A stretch of DNA of 64,000 nucleotides from Phycisphaeraceae bacterium (GCA_040905565.1 JBBDRF010000082.1:9234-73233), one strand, 5' to 3'. Counted from the first letter of the stretch, positions 18,785 through 30,696 are shown. Made by a program: numbers and translations. Notes: a model not told the origin generated them from the sequence alone.

Positions 18785-19858
18785 TCAGCCCAGCCCGTCG
18801 TAGGCGTCTTTGAGAAGTTCCGCGGTCTTGTCCCAGCCGATACAGGCGTCGGTCACGCTGACGCCGTACTGCAGCTGCGTCAGATCGCTCGGCAGCTTCT
18901 GGCTCCCCGCTTCCAGGTTCGACTCAAGCATCAACCCCATGATGCCCTTCGTGCCGCCGCGGCGCTGCTCGATCACGCTTCGCAGCACCACCTCCTGCTG
19001 CTCGTGCTTCTTGCCCGAGTTCGCGTGCGAGCAATCGATCATCACGCAAGGCGGCAGGTCGTTCTTCTCCAGGCTCGCCAGGGCCTTGGCCACGTTCTCA
19101 CGATCGTAGTTCGGCTTGCCCGACCCGCCTCGCAGAATCACATGGCCCCACCGATTGCCAGCCGTCTGAACCAGAGACGTGCGACCGTCGGGGTCGATCC
19201 CCAAAAATGCGTGCGGGGCCCGGGCTGAGAGCATCGCGTTCACAGCCGGCTCCACGTCGCCCGTCGTCGTATTCTTATAACCGACGGGCATGGACAATCC
19301 ACTGGCCATCTGCCGATGCGTCTGGCTTTCCGTGGTCCGTGCCCCGATCGCAGCCCATCCCACCAGGTCGGCGATGTACTGAGGCACGATCGGGTCGAGA
19401 AACTCCGTGGCCGTCGGCAGGCCGAGTTCCGCGATGCGGATCATCAACCTTCGCGCTTTCCGCAACCCCGTTGCGATATCGAAACTATCGTTCAGGTGCG
19501 GATCGTAGATCAGGCCCTTCCAGCCGACCGTCGTCCGAGGTTTCTCAAAGTAGACCCGCATCGCGATCATCATTCGGTCGGCGTACTTCTCCGAAAGCTC
19601 AGCCAGCCGTTCGGCGTAAGTGATGGCGGCTTCTTCATCGTGGATGGAGCACGGGCCCACGATCACCAGCAGCCGTTCATCCTGGCCCAGCACGATGTGC
19701 TTGATCGTGTCGCGGAAACGGATCACGTCCGCAGCGACCTTCTCGGAGATCGGAAGCTCCGCTTTCAATGCCGACGGACTGACCAACGGCGTGGTGCCGA
19801 TGACGTGAACGTCCTGCGTCGCAGCGGTGGATGGGGTTGTCTGTGATGGCGTCGACAT
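18785..19858 (-). CDS. 3-deoxy-7-phosphoheptulonate (DAHP) synthase, class I-alpha
   Basis: GPCSIHD, MRVYFEKPRTTVGWKG, IGARTTESQTHR.MASGLS, HVILRGG, DCSHANS, MLES, YGVSVTDACIGW. Confidence 0.95.
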   Translation of the reverse strand: MSTPSQTTPSTAATQDVHVIGTTPLVSPSALKAELPISEKVAADVIRFRDTIKHIVLGQDERLLVIVGPCSIHDEEAAITYAERLAELSEKYADRMMIAMRVYFEKPRTTVGWKGLIYDPHLNDSFDIATGLRKARRLMIRIAELGLPTATEFLDPIVPQYIADLVGWAAIGARTTESQTHRQMASGLSMPVGYKNTTTGDVEPAVNAMLSARAPHAFLGIDPDGRTSLVQTAGNRWGHVILRGGSGKPNYDRENVAKALASLEKNDLPPCVMIDCSHANSGKKHEQQEVVLRSVIEQRRGGTKGIMGLMLESNLEAGSQKLPSDLTQLQYGVSVTDACIGWDKTAELLKDAYDGLG

Positions 19859-20005
19859 GCGTGCTCCTCAGTCAAGCCCCGCATTTTAAGCGATTCCGCA
19901 AGCTTCTGCTCGCCGCCACAATAGGGCGCGCAACAGACCCGGGCTGTACAACACGACCGGAGATCCTGACGAACGCTCGCTGACGCTTCCCGCTCGCCAA
20001 GGCAA

Positions 20006-21499
20006 TTACAAGCGCATTTTGCGGTGCCACTTGACGCCTTCGCGGGTGATCTGGACTTCGATGTTCGCTTCCTGCAGTTCATCACGTAGGCGGTCGGAGG
20101 TGGCGAAATCGCGGTCGGCGCGGGCGGCGTTCATCTGTTGCACCTTCTGCTCGACGTCGGCGTCGCTGGGGCCTTCGGTCGGGACGTCGGTCGGCGCGGT
20201 GGCGGGCTTGAGCACGCCCAGCACGCTGTCGATGCGTCGCAAGGCGGCGGCATCGTCGGCGGTCGGCTCGGGCGTCGCGTTGATCCATTTGAACACCGCT
20301 CCAAGGGCAGCGGACATGTTCAGATCGTCCGCCAGGGCCTCGGCGAAGGCCTGTTCGACGGCCGTGTCGCCCATGGTCTTCGTGGCTGTGGGCGAGGGCC
20401 CTGCCGCTTCGCCGCGTTTGACGAAGTTGCGAAGCCGTGTGACGGCCTTGGCGGAATCTTCCAGGCCCTTCAGCGTGAAGTTCATGTTCGAGCGGTAGTG
20501 CGTCCGCAGCAGTTCGTATCGCAGGACGGTGGGGTCGGCGCCCTTGGCGAGCAGGTCGCGGATGGTGTAGAAGTTGCCCTTGCTTTTGGACATCTTCTCG
20601 CCTTCGACCATCAGATGCCTGACGTGCAGCCAGTAGTTGGCGAAGGGCTTGCCGGTCGCGCCGGTGGACTGGGCGATCTCGCATTCGTGGTGGGGGAAGA
20701 TGTTGTCCTCGCCGCCGGTGTGAATGTCCAGCGTCGGCGTTTTCAGTGTGCCCATCGCCATCGCACTGCACTCGATGTGCCAGCCGGGGTAGCCTTCGCC
20801 CCACGGGCTCGGCCACTTCATCAGGTGACGCTCATCACGCTTCCATAGCAGGAAATCCGAGGGATGACGCTTGCCCGCCATCTCGCCATCGCTGACGCGG
20901 CCGCCCGCGCCGGCCTGAAGCTGTTCGACGGTGTTGCCGCTGAGTTGGCCGTAGCCGGTGAAGCTGGTGACGTCGTAGTAGACGGCTCCGTCGTCGGCGG
21001 CGTAGGCGTGGCCGCTTACGATGAGTTGCTTGATCAGGTCGATCATCGCCTGCACGTGGTCGGTGGCGCGCGGCATGTGCTGGGGGTATTCGGCAGCGAC
21101 CTTCATCCCCAGCAGCTTCGCGTCTTCAAGGAACGCTTCGGTGAAGAACTCAGCAACGGCGAAGGGATCGTCCGGGTTGTTGATGTCCGCTTTGCCCTGC
21201 TTTTTTGCTTGACGCAATCGCTCGGAGGCCAATTCCATCTTGTCCTGCCCGGCCCCGTCGGCGAGCTGGTCTTCGGTCATGTGACCGACGTCCGTGATGT
21301 TCATCACCTGCTCGACTTTTATGCCGAGAAACTCGAAGTAACGGCGGATAATGTCCGCGAAGACGAAGGCCCGAAAGTTGCCGATGTGCGCAAAATCGTA
21401 GACCGTCGGGCCGCAGTGATACATGCGCACCAGCCCCGGTTCGACAGGCGTGAAGGACTGAAGCTGGTGACCGAGCGTGTTGTAAAATCGAATGTTCAT
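20006..21499 (-). CDS. cysS: Cysteine--tRNA ligase
   Basis: CGPTVYD.AHIGN, NITDV, DFLLWK, PGWHIECSAM, DIHTGG.D..FPHHECE, KMSKS. Confidence 0.97.
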   Translation of the reverse strand: MNIRFYNTLGHQLQSFTPVEPGLVRMYHCGPTVYDFAHIGNFRAFVFADIIRRYFEFLGIKVEQVMNITDVGHMTEDQLADGAGQDKMELASERLRQAKKQGKADINNPDDPFAVAEFFTEAFLEDAKLLGMKVAAEYPQHMPRATDHVQAMIDLIKQLIVSGHAYAADDGAVYYDVTSFTGYGQLSGNTVEQLQAGAGGRVSDGEMAGKRHPSDFLLWKRDERHLMKWPSPWGEGYPGWHIECSAMAMGTLKTPTLDIHTGGEDNIFPHHECEIAQSTGATGKPFANYWLHVRHLMVEGEKMSKSKGNFYTIRDLLAKGADPTVLRYELLRTHYRSNMNFTLKGLEDSAKAVTRLRNFVKRGEAAGPSPTATKTMGDTAVEQAFAEALADDLNMSAALGAVFKWINATPEPTADDAAALRRIDSVLGVLKPATAPTDVPTEGPSDADVEQKVQQMNAARADRDFATSDRLRDELQEANIEVQITREGVKWHRKMRL

Positions 21500-21535
21500 A
21501 AGAACGGCGGATTCTACCGCCGAGGCTGGGACCTG

Positions 21536-22780
21536 TCACCGCGACGGCTGCGTCATCGCCCGGACGTACTCACGCCACTGGCGTTCGAGCGGCTCAAGAT
21601 CGCCGAAGGATTGTTCGAAGGCTTGGCGGTTTGCTTCTGCGTTGCCGGTGCGGAGTTCGCCGCTGGCGATGGCTTGGAGATGATCGCGGAGGGCCTCGAG
21701 GTGATGGGTCCAGAGGAAGTGGAACATGCCCCACATTTGTGCATAAACTGCGCCGCGCTCGGCTGGGCGGATGTCGCGCGTGGCGCGTAGTGCGATGAGG
21801 TCGGCGAGGGGGCGGACGCGTTGATTGTTGAAGGCTTCCGTGAGTGCGTGGCGGCGGCTGGGGTTGTCGTGGCCGGGGCCGAACGGGCGAGCGGGGTTGG
21901 TGGTTTCGAAGGCGGTGGCCAGGCCTTCAGAAACCCAGAGCGGGTAGGCACGGCGGCGATCCTGAATGCCGGAATTGAACGCGAGCAGGTGGGCCGCTTC
22001 GTGAAGCGTCTGCGACATGTTGCCTCGGCCGATGGCAGCGTTGTACTGATTTTCAAGCTGCGTCAGGGCTTGGAGGGCGCGGATGCGGCGGTTGCGAAGG
22101 TTCTGTGCACGGGAGACATCGCCCCGCTGCTCGGCCTCGGCGAGAGCTGCCCGGAGCTGCTGGATCTGGCGTCGCATCTGTTCGAGGCGCTGGCCGTGCT
22201 GGCGGAGTTGGGGGTTGGCGCGGTTGCTGAAGAAGACGACGCGGTTGGCGGCAGAGGTGTAGAAGCCGCCTGTGTTCTCCATCGCGCCGACGCCGATTTG
22301 GCGGGCGTAGGCGAGGTAATCGTCGTGGCTGGCGAAGAGGATGCAGACGAGGCGTTCGTGCAGCGGCAGCGGTTGGAAGCCGGCCTTGATCAGCTGTTCG
22401 TAAAACGCGTCGTGGACCTGTTCGAGCAGGCGGACGCGTGTGTCGGCCCAGGCGTGGGGCATGTCGTAGACGATGAGGAAATGATCGCTGGTGCGGAGGT
22501 GGGTGCCGTCGGGGAATTCCTCGGCGAGGCTGGTGAGCAGGCCGGGCGTGTCGCGCATGCCGTGCTCTTGGGAGAGGGCCCACAGTTCGCGGTAGGCTTG
22601 GCGATGGGCGGGCCGCTTGCGTAGAAAATTGCGATAGAGGCTGATCGCCTGGTGGGGGTTTTCCAGTGCCGTTTGCCGGGCGTGCTCAAGTCGTGTCTGT
22701 TCGCTGGGCGACTGGCCGGGCGCGGAGGCGGTGAGCGTCGTCAGGAACGTGAGTAACAGGATGGTCAACCGGTGGCGCAT
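21536..22780 (-). CDS. DUF1570-like secreted protein (HExxH), paralog of 2331-3581
   Basis: Signal peptide, SDHFLIVYD, GGFY...NRVVF, coiled-coil insert, HEAAHLLAFNSG, WVSEGLATAFE, YAQMW. Confidence 0.8.
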   Translation of the reverse strand: MRHRLTILLLTFLTTLTASAPGQSPSEQTRLEHARQTALENPHQAISLYRNFLRKRPAHRQAYRELWALSQEHGMRDTPGLLTSLAEEFPDGTHLRTSDHFLIVYDMPHAWADTRVRLLEQVHDAFYEQLIKAGFQPLPLHERLVCILFASHDDYLAYARQIGVGAMENTGGFYTSAANRVVFFSNRANPQLRQHGQRLEQMRRQIQQLRAALAEAEQRGDVSRAQNLRNRRIRALQALTQLENQYNAAIGRGNMSQTLHEAAHLLAFNSGIQDRRRAYPLWVSEGLATAFETTNPARPFGPGHDNPSRRHALTEAFNNQRVRPLADLIALRATRDIRPAERGAVYAQMWGMFHFLWTHHLEALRDHLQAIASGELRTGNAEANRQAFEQSFGDLEPLERQWREYVRAMTQPSR

Positions 22781-22803
22781 TGCCCGCAGCTTAGGCCATT
22801 GTC

Positions 22804-23661
22804 TTACGGGCGTCGCAGGAGATGTGACATTTTGTGCCGGAATCGCCCGACCACCGAGCGTTCCTGGCGTCGGCGTCGGCGGCTGTTTTGCAGTTGCTCG
22901 TGGATGGGGATGGTCTGCCGTCGGCGTGCGTCGGCGGCGATCCAGCGGGCGTAATCTTCGAGTGATTTGAACGGCTGGCGTCGCATGGTAAAGGCCTGCT
23001 GATCGCCGTCGGCGTGCTCGGTGGCCATGAGGCAGTGCGGCGAGCGGGGGTCGTCCATGTTGTGCGCCATCAGCAGCGGCGACGTGGGCTGACCGCTGAT
23101 GTAGCCGTCGAGCGACATGGCCGAACCGTCGACGGGGAAGCCCGGCTTTTCCATGCTGACGTAGTAGCGGAGCAGGTCCCGGCGGGCGAGGAAGGACTGC
23201 CCTGCGACGGCGGTGACGCGGAAGATCTTGTCGCCGTCGGCGTCGACGATGTTGTGAGCGGCGAGCTGTTCGTCCCAGTCCTGGGGCATGAAGATCCAGC
23301 AGCCGATCATGCCGAGCGTCGGGTTGCGGCGGACCATGGGGGCGATGCGGTCGATCCAGCCGTGCGGCAGGAGGATGTCGTCGTCGATCTTGCCGACGAT
23401 GTCGCCCGGTGCGGATTCCAGGAACCAGAGGCTCGGCTCGGTCTGGTTGGCGTTTTCGGGATGGAAGTGTTTGCGGGCGACGCGGTCATCATCAAGGTCA
23501 GCGATGATGTCGGCGGTGCCGTCGGTCGAGGCGTTATCCCAGCAGTGCAGGCGAAAATCGGCGGGGTCGGACAGCAGTTGCGGCAGCATCTTCTCGAGGT
23601 ACTGCCGGCGGTTGTGCGTGAGCAGGAGCAGATCAACCCGTTTGTCCGCTGGCAGAATCAT
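22804..23661 (-). CDS. Glycosyltransferase family 2 protein
   Basis: LLTHNR, WDNASTDGT, KIDDD (DxD motif). Confidence 0.85.
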   Translation of the reverse strand: MILPADKRVDLLLLTHNRRQYLEKMLPQLLSDPADFRLHCWDNASTDGTADIIADLDDDRVARKHFHPENANQTEPSLWFLESAPGDIVGKIDDDILLPHGWIDRIAPMVRRNPTLGMIGCWIFMPQDWDEQLAAHNIVDADGDKIFRVTAVAGQSFLARRDLLRYYVSMEKPGFPVDGSAMSLDGYISGQPTSPLLMAHNMDDPRSPHCLMATEHADGDQQAFTMRRQPFKSLEDYARWIAADARRRQTIPIHEQLQNSRRRRRQERSVVGRFRHKMSHLLRRP

Positions 23662-23864
23662 GAGGCACCCCCAGCCGTTTTCGCTTGATGTTGGCCCAGT
23701 CCGTCGCTGCACCGTGATTGGAAGAGCAAGGTGCGTTTCGCTGGGAAATCCTAGCGACGGGGTTTGCGGGGCAGGCAGGGAAAATGACCCCGGCCGAGGG
23801 CGGGGCGATATGGGGACGGCCTACGGAAGGGAGATGCGCGGAGGCACGCAAAGTCCTGGCGCAC

Positions 23865-23891
23865 AACCGCTCCCTTACGGTCGCGGCTCGT
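23865..23891. repeat. Short REP-like motif
   Basis: AACCGCTCCCTTACGGTCGCGGCTCGT, an imperfect palindrome of a type recalled from planctomycete REPs; shares GTCGCGGCT with the hairpin near 18740. Confidence 0.45.
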
Positions 23892-23905
23892 ATTCAGCGT
23901 TTCGG

Positions 23906-24499
23906 TTAAGCGGAGGGGGCGAGGCGGGGTTCTTCGAGGGGGACGGGGCAGATATCGTGGCGGCCGCAATCTTTGCAGCGCTGACCTTCCCAGATGGCGT
24001 TGAAGTAGCCGAGGCTTTCGTCGACCATTTCGGCGGCACGGGTGAAGATGCCGATCTCCATGTTGCGTCGCGTTTCGCCCTTGGCGCCGAGGCCGGCTCC
24101 GGTGAGGTTGGCCGAGCCGAGGTACATGCGTTCGGCGTCCATGATGACCATCTTGGCGTGCAGACGGGGGCAACGGCGAATGCGGACGCCCTGCGGCAAG
24201 GCGTGGCGCAGCTCCCTCAGCACGGGGCCTGATGGGACGCCGGCGTGCAGGACGCGAATTTCGACGCCTTTGTCGGCGAGTTTGCGGAGGATCCCGACGA
24301 TGGATTCGCTGCGCTTGGCGGAGACGGGGACGCGCATGGCTTTGAAGTCGGCGGTGGCGATGTCGAGGCTGAACTTTGCGCGGAGGATGCCCTGCTGAAC
24401 GACGCGGATGAAGTGCTGACGGTCAAAGATCAGTTCCGCTTCGCCACGGATGCGCGGCGGGGTGTGCGGCTGCGTGTTGAGTTTGAGGGGCGGCTTCAC
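23906..24499 (-). CDS. Phospholipase D-like (single HKD) protein with C-terminal Cys cluster
   Basis: HAKMVIMD (HxKxxxxD), GSANLT, NMEIG; C-terminal CKDCGRHDIC; GTG start inferred. Confidence 0.82.
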   Translation of the reverse strand: MKPPLKLNTQPHTPPRIRGEAELIFDRQHFIRVVQQGILRAKFSLDIATADFKAMRVPVSAKRSESIVGILRKLADKGVEIRVLHAGVPSGPVLRELRHALPQGVRIRRCPRLHAKMVIMDAERMYLGSANLTGAGLGAKGETRRNMEIGIFTRAAEMVDESLGYFNAIWEGQRCKDCGRHDICPVPLEEPRLAPSA

Positions 24500-24530
24500 G
24501 TTCCTGATTATCGGCTGAAGCGGACGCGTT

Positions 24531-25022
24531 TCATTGGTTATTGGTTTCGGTGCGCGATTCGTAGACCTGGTAGTGGGTGTCGGTGAAGCCGAGGTCGGCG
24601 TAGACGCGCTGGGCGGCGGTGTTGTCGCGTTCGACGTAAAGGCGGATGGCGGCGACGTTGCCCGCAGCCTGGGCCTGCTTCTGCACGTGGTGGTAAAGCT
24701 GGCGGAAGACGCCACGACGACGGTGGTCGGGGTGGACGTAGACGCTTTGGATCCACCAGATGTGCGCGTTACGCCAGTCGGACCATTCGTAGGTGATCAT
24801 GAGTTGCCCGACGACACGGCCGGCGTGTTCGGCGACGAAGTAGTGAGCGAGCGACGTATCGGCGAAGACGGCGTCGACGCCTTTGCGGACGGTCGCAGGC
24901 TCGAGGGCGAGGCCTTCGGTTTCCAAGGCCATGGCGAGGTTGAAGGCGGCAAGCGTGGGCGCGTCTTCGGCGCAGGCGGAGCGGCAGGTGTAGGTGACGG
25001 CGTTGGTGTGGGATTCTGTCAT
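24531..25022 (-). CDS. GNAT family N-acetyltransferase
   Basis: LMITYEWSDWRN, WIQSVYV.PDHRRRGVF, RLYVERDN..AQRVY..LG. Confidence 0.9.
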   Translation of the reverse strand: MTESHTNAVTYTCRSACAEDAPTLAAFNLAMALETEGLALEPATVRKGVDAVFADTSLAHYFVAEHAGRVVGQLMITYEWSDWRNAHIWWIQSVYVHPDHRRRGVFRQLYHHVQKQAQAAGNVAAIRLYVERDNTAAQRVYADLGFTDTHYQVYESRTETNNQ

Positions 25023-25080
25023 GGCTTGAGCGTACGCGGATGGGAGGCGGGTGCACAGGGACAGCGATGCGTGGAGGAAA

Positions 25081-26109
25081 TTAACGGGAGTTATCCCTCT
25101 TCCAGTCCTCAAATCGACTAAGCGCACGCCGGCCGGAGTTGACATACCAGGCGTAGCCGGTGCGACGTTCGCGCTCGATCTCGTGAAGGTGCTCGCGGAT
25201 GATCCCGTCACGCCCGCTGAAGATAGGACGGTTGGTTTCGATATCGTAAAACCGCGCCCAGAGGGGCGGTGCCTCGGGATCTTCGACGACTACGCGGTCG
25301 TTATCGCGCCGTTCCACGCGCATACCGTAGATCGCCGAGGTCTGGTACCACTCGATGCCGGCGTGCACAGCCCGCTGCACCCGCTCGTCGGGATCGGGCA
25401 GGTCCATGAGGAACAGGAGCACGCCTGCGCTCTCGCCTCCCGAGATGGATGCGTGCTCGTACGACCTGCCACCGCGCGGCTCCAGCGTTTCCGGATCGTG
25501 CTGCTGGCACCATGCCGTTAGCTTCCCGTTGACCTCGATTTGAGTATCGAGAATGCACGCGATGCCCCGGTCGTAGGCCTGACGCAGCCGCGTGCGGGCA
25601 TCGTCATCGAGGAATGCGTAGTCGTCGCTTTCCAGCATTTCGCGCAGGAGGCGGAGAATGTTGACCATCGCGTGGTCATTGAAGGTGATGTGTCGGTGAT
25701 AGGAACTCGGCGGCGGATAGCGCTGCGGCCAGCCGCCGGTGGGGTACTGGGCATCAAGGATGTAGGCGAGCGCTCGCTTGAAAGCGGCGCGGTACGCATC
25801 GTCTGCGGTGTGGCTATACATCGTGGCGAGAAACCGCATTTCGCCGAACGTGGCATCGTTGTCGAACGTGGGCGTGATGTCCTCGGGGTCGCCTGCGTAT
25901 CGCGACTCGCCGGTATTGATGTTCTTCGGCCAGCCACCGAGCGGGGACTGGTGCGAAAGCACGTTGCGTGCGAGCTCGCGTGCTTCAGCAGAGCGGAAGA
26001 AGGCGGCGTCCCGGTCCGCGTATTGACGATAAGGGAACTCGGCGGACGCATGTACCGTGACGCAGCCGATGACGATCATCACCAGAGCGAGCCGGCCCTG
26101 TCGGATCAT
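25081..26109 (-). CDS. Pectate lyase, PL10 (PelA-15E-like)
   Basis: Signal peptide, GGWPKN, TFDNDAT, QYPTGGWPQ, HITFND.AM, WCQQHD, RSYE, WARFYDI, ERRTGYAW. Confidence 0.9.
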   Translation of the reverse strand: MIRQGRLALVMIVIGCVTVHASAEFPYRQYADRDAAFFRSAEARELARNVLSHQSPLGGWPKNINTGESRYAGDPEDITPTFDNDATFGEMRFLATMYSHTADDAYRAAFKRALAYILDAQYPTGGWPQRYPPPSSYHRHITFNDHAMVNILRLLREMLESDDYAFLDDDARTRLRQAYDRGIACILDTQIEVNGKLTAWCQQHDPETLEPRGGRSYEHASISGGESAGVLLFLMDLPDPDERVQRAVHAGIEWYQTSAIYGMRVERRDNDRVVVEDPEAPPLWARFYDIETNRPIFSGRDGIIREHLHEIERERRTGYAWYVNSGRRALSRFEDWKRDNSR

Positions 26110-26160
26110 GTCATGCCCTCCGAAGATTCCGACCGTGACGGTCCGTTCTGTGGATGCGGT

Positions 26161-27216
26161 TTAGCGGTTGTTGCCGCCGGAGGGGTCGCCGCCGTTCTGG
26201 TTGCCTTCTTCGCCGGCGATGTTGTTACGCATCGCGGTGTCGGACTGGACGTTGCGATATCGCATGTAGTCCATGATGCCGAGGTTGCCGCTGCGGAACG
26301 CTTCGGCCATGGCCTTGGGCACTTCGGCTTCGGCGAGCACGACGAGGGCGCGGTTCTTCTGCTCCTCGGCTTTGAACTCCTGCTCCTGGGCGACGGCCAT
26401 CGCGCGGCGTTTCTCGGCCTCGGCCTGGAAGCGGCGCTTGTCGGCCTCGGCCTGGTCGCCCTGAATCTGCGCGCCGATGTTCTCGCCCACATCGATGTCG
26501 GCAATATCAACGGAGAGAATCTCAAACGCGGTGCCGGCGTCGAGGCCCTTTTCGAGAACGACCTTGGAGATGCGATCCGGGTTCTCCAGCACGGCTTTGT
26601 GGCTGGTCGACGAACCGATGGTGGTGACGATGCCTTCGCCGACGCGGGCGATGATGGTTTCTTCGGTGGCACCGCCGACGAGGCGCTGGATGTTGGCGCG
26701 AACGGTGACGCGGGCGCGGGCTTTGAGCTGGATGCCATCTTGCGCGACGGCGTCGATGGTCGTCTTGCCTGAGGAGGGGCTGGGGCAATCGATGACCTTC
26801 GGGTTCACCGAGGTCTGCACGGCGTCGAGGATGTCACGGCCGGCGAGGTCGATGGCGCAGGCGGTGTTCCAGTCCAGATCGATCTTGGCGCGGTCGGCGG
26901 CGATGAGGGCACGGACGACACGGGGCACATCGCCTCGGGCGAGGTAGTGGGCTTCCATGTTGCCGAGGTCGATGGAGAGGCCGGCTTTGAACGCTTCGAT
27001 GCGTGACTGGACGATGAGGGCGGGCGAGACCTGCCGCAGCCTCATGCCGATGAGTTCGAAGATGCCGACGGGCGCCCCGGCGAACCACGCCTGAATCCAG
27101 AGCTTGAGGTAGCCACCGAGGAGGATGAGGCCGACGAGGAAGACGAGCAGCAGGATGCCGGCAATAACGTAGAGCACCAGTTCGCCGACGGTAACTGCGA
27201 GTGACGGGCTGAACAT
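26161..27216 (-). CDS. floA: Flotillin-like protein FloA (YqfA family)
   Basis: [83 protein letters not shown]. Confidence 0.93.
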   Translation of the reverse strand: MFSPSLAVTVGELVLYVIAGILLLVFLVGLILLGGYLKLWIQAWFAGAPVGIFELIGMRLRQVSPALIVQSRIEAFKAGLSIDLGNMEAHYLARGDVPRVVRALIAADRAKIDLDWNTACAIDLAGRDILDAVQTSVNPKVIDCPSPSSGKTTIDAVAQDGIQLKARARVTVRANIQRLVGGATEETIIARVGEGIVTTIGSSTSHKAVLENPDRISKVVLEKGLDAGTAFEILSVDIADIDVGENIGAQIQGDQAEADKRRFQAEAEKRRAMAVAQEQEFKAEEQKNRALVVLAEAEVPKAMAEAFRSGNLGIMDYMRYRNVQSDTAMRNNIAGEEGNQNGGDPSGGNNR

Positions 27217-27330
27217 GAACAAACCCCTGAAGATGATTCTTTTAAATGACACCCCGTCGCGAGGTGCAGCGTCTTCACGACGCCAGCTTCATTATGCTAC
27301 GGTCGAACGGTTGAGACAAGGGGCCGCCCG

Positions 27331-28218
27331 TTAGCGGGAGGTAAGGATGTTCTGGCTCTGGAGCCAGTTCTCCAGCAGCGTGGGCCATGTGTTGAGCGCG
27401 GGGTGGTCCGCGGCGAGGCCGACGCCGTGCCGGCCGGGCTGGTAGATGTGCAGTTCCGCAGGGATGCTGGCCTTCCGCAGGGCGAGGTAGAACAGAACGC
27501 TGTTCTCGGGCGGCACGCCGGTGTCGGCATCGGTGTGAAAGAGGAAGGTCGGCGGCGTGCGCTCAGTCACCTGTTTTTCCAGTGAATAGTGTTCAGCCTT
27601 GGCGGCATCGCCACTGCCGATCAGGTTACTGCGTGAGCCGGCGTGGGTGACGGCGGCGTCGGTCATGGTGATGACGGGGTAACAGAGGACGGCGAAGTCG
27701 GGGCGGGCGGAGTGGCGATCGATCGGGTCGTCGGCATCAGGGTCGGCCTCGCCGATCAGCGTGGCGGTGCTGGCGGCGAGGTGGCCCCCGGCCGAGAAGC
27801 CGAGGATGCCGAGGCGATCGGGATCGATGTTGTACCGCTCGGCGTGATGGCGGACGTGGCGGAGGGCCCGCTGAGCGTCGTGCAGTTGGATCGGCTCGCG
27901 GTAGCGCGGCGCGAGGCGGTAGCGGAGGACGAAAACGGCGACACCCATCTGGCTGAGCCGCTTGCCGATGTCGTCGCCTTCGTGGCCCATGGCGAGATGC
28001 GCGTAACCACCACCTGGGCAGACGACGACCGCGGGGGTGGCGGCGTCGGCATTATCGGGAAGGTAGATATCGAGCGTGGGGATGTCCGCCGGCTCGTCGC
28101 CGACGGCGCCGGGAGCGCCTTCAGGCCAGAGCGGGATGCGTTCGACGGCATCGTTCGCGAGAGCCGGGGACGAGAGCAGAAGCACGACTAGCAGAAGGCG
28201 AAGCGACGCTGATTTCAT
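27331..28218 (-). CDS. Secreted alpha/beta hydrolase (BD-FAE/xylan esterase-like)
   Basis: Signal peptide, PGGGY..L...HEG, YRLAP, GFSAGGH, RPDF..L.YPVI, TPPTFLFH..D, HGVGL. Confidence 0.88.
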   Translation of the reverse strand: MKSASLRLLLVVLLLSSPALANDAVERIPLWPEGAPGAVGDEPADIPTLDIYLPDNADAATPAVVVCPGGGYAHLAMGHEGDDIGKRLSQMGVAVFVLRYRLAPRYREPIQLHDAQRALRHVRHHAERYNIDPDRLGILGFSAGGHLAASTATLIGEADPDADDPIDRHSARPDFAVLCYPVITMTDAAVTHAGSRSNLIGSGDAAKAEHYSLEKQVTERTPPTFLFHTDADTGVPPENSVLFYLALRKASIPAELHIYQPGRHGVGLAADHPALNTWPTLLENWLQSQNILTSR

Positions 28219-28242
28219 CGTTGGTGATCCTTATGTGCTGCT

Positions 28243-29757
<1,515 letters not shown>

Positions 29758-29791
29758 AGGGAGAGTATACCGCAGCGACGCGCGCCTGCCA

Positions 29792-29818
29792 CACATAGCC
29801 CCGGCCTTGGCTGGGGTC
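29792..29818. repeat. REP-like palindrome, copy 1
   Basis: CACATAGCCCCGGCCTTGGCTGGGGTC; 24/27 identical to 32441-32467. Confidence 0.6.
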
Positions 29819-29858
29819 TTCTACCGTGGGCGCGTGGGACCCCGTGGCGGGGCGCCAC

Positions 29859-29904
29859 AAAAATAGCGTGGTGGAAGCCAATTGAAGATCGGCTTCCACC
29901 ACGC
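29859..29904 (-). terminator. Rho-independent terminator of the prepilin-like gene
   Basis: 14-bp perfect stem GCGTGGTGGAAGCC/GGCTTCCACCACGC, followed on the minus strand by TATTTTT. Confidence 0.78.
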
Positions 29905-29931
29905 CTTTGTTTCAGCAACGATTCAACAAGT

Positions 29932-30696
29932 TCAGTCGACGAGGCCAGCGACGTCGATGCGGAACAGTTTGTCGAGGAATCCTGCGTGGACACCGCCGAC
30001 ACTGATCTCGCTGGGGTTGCGCCAACTGACACTGCCGTCTTCGAAGAGGAAGTTCAGGCCGAGAATGCCCTCATCGGAAGAGGTGAGGTGGGACGAACGC
30101 GCTTCGTGGAGTTCGTTGTTTTCTTCGGTGTAGAGATCGAACATGATCGGCGCTGCGGAATGGCGGCCGTCGAACCGCGTTTTGTTGTTCCACCCATCGT
30201 TGGGTGTGTAGTCGAAGCCGGCACCAGTGGGGCGGTTGGGCAGATAGCCGTAGCCAAGGTTGGCGTCGGGATCGGCGCGGCGCTGGTCGCCGACGGTGGG
30301 GCAGAACTGGAGTGAGTTGGCACGCTCGGCGATGTTCGCTGCGTCGAAGGCTTCGAGGTAGCCGTCGAAAAACTCGTGAATCTGGGCCCACTCGTCCACG
30401 CGCCGGTTGATGTGCATGATCGCCTGATTCCGGCCGGCGGTATTGCCATCAGACCAGGTACTGGCGGCGAGCAAGTTGTTGTTGTTATCTGACCCCCACA
30501 TATGCAGCGAGGTGCCCCACTGCCGAAGGTTAGCAGCACACTGCACCTTCAAAGCTTCCTGTCGGGCACGGCCGAGCGCGGGCAGCAGGATCGCCATCAG
30601 CAAGGCGATGATGCCGACCACGACGAGCAATTCGATAAGTGTGAAGCCGCGTACACGACGGCGGGGTGAGGGGGAAGCATACGGCGAGGTAAGCAT
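29932..30696 (-). CDS. Prepilin-type N-terminal cleavage/methylation protein (planctomycete pseudopilin/DUF1559-like)
   Basis: [34 protein letters not shown]...C.ANLRQ, FCP, C-terminal H....[17 protein letters not shown]. Confidence 0.9.
   Translation of the reverse strand: MLTSPYASPSPRRRVRGFTLIELLVVVGIIALLMAILLPALGRARQEALKVQCAANLRQWGTSLHMWGSDNNNNLLAASTWSDGNTAGRNQAIMHINRRVDEWAQIHEFFDGYLEAFDAANIAERANSLQFCPTVGDQRRADPDANLGYGYLPNRPTGAGFDYTPNDGWNNKTRFDGRHSAAPIMFDLYTEENNELHEARSSHLTSSDEGILGLNFLFEDGSVSWRNPSEISVGGVHAGFLDKLFRIDVAGLVD

Noticed and set aside
17840..19858. UbiA-family and DAHP synthase genes as part of the Fee-like cluster
   Set aside because: Both look like ordinary housekeeping enzymes and are convergent with each other; proximity alone is insufficient
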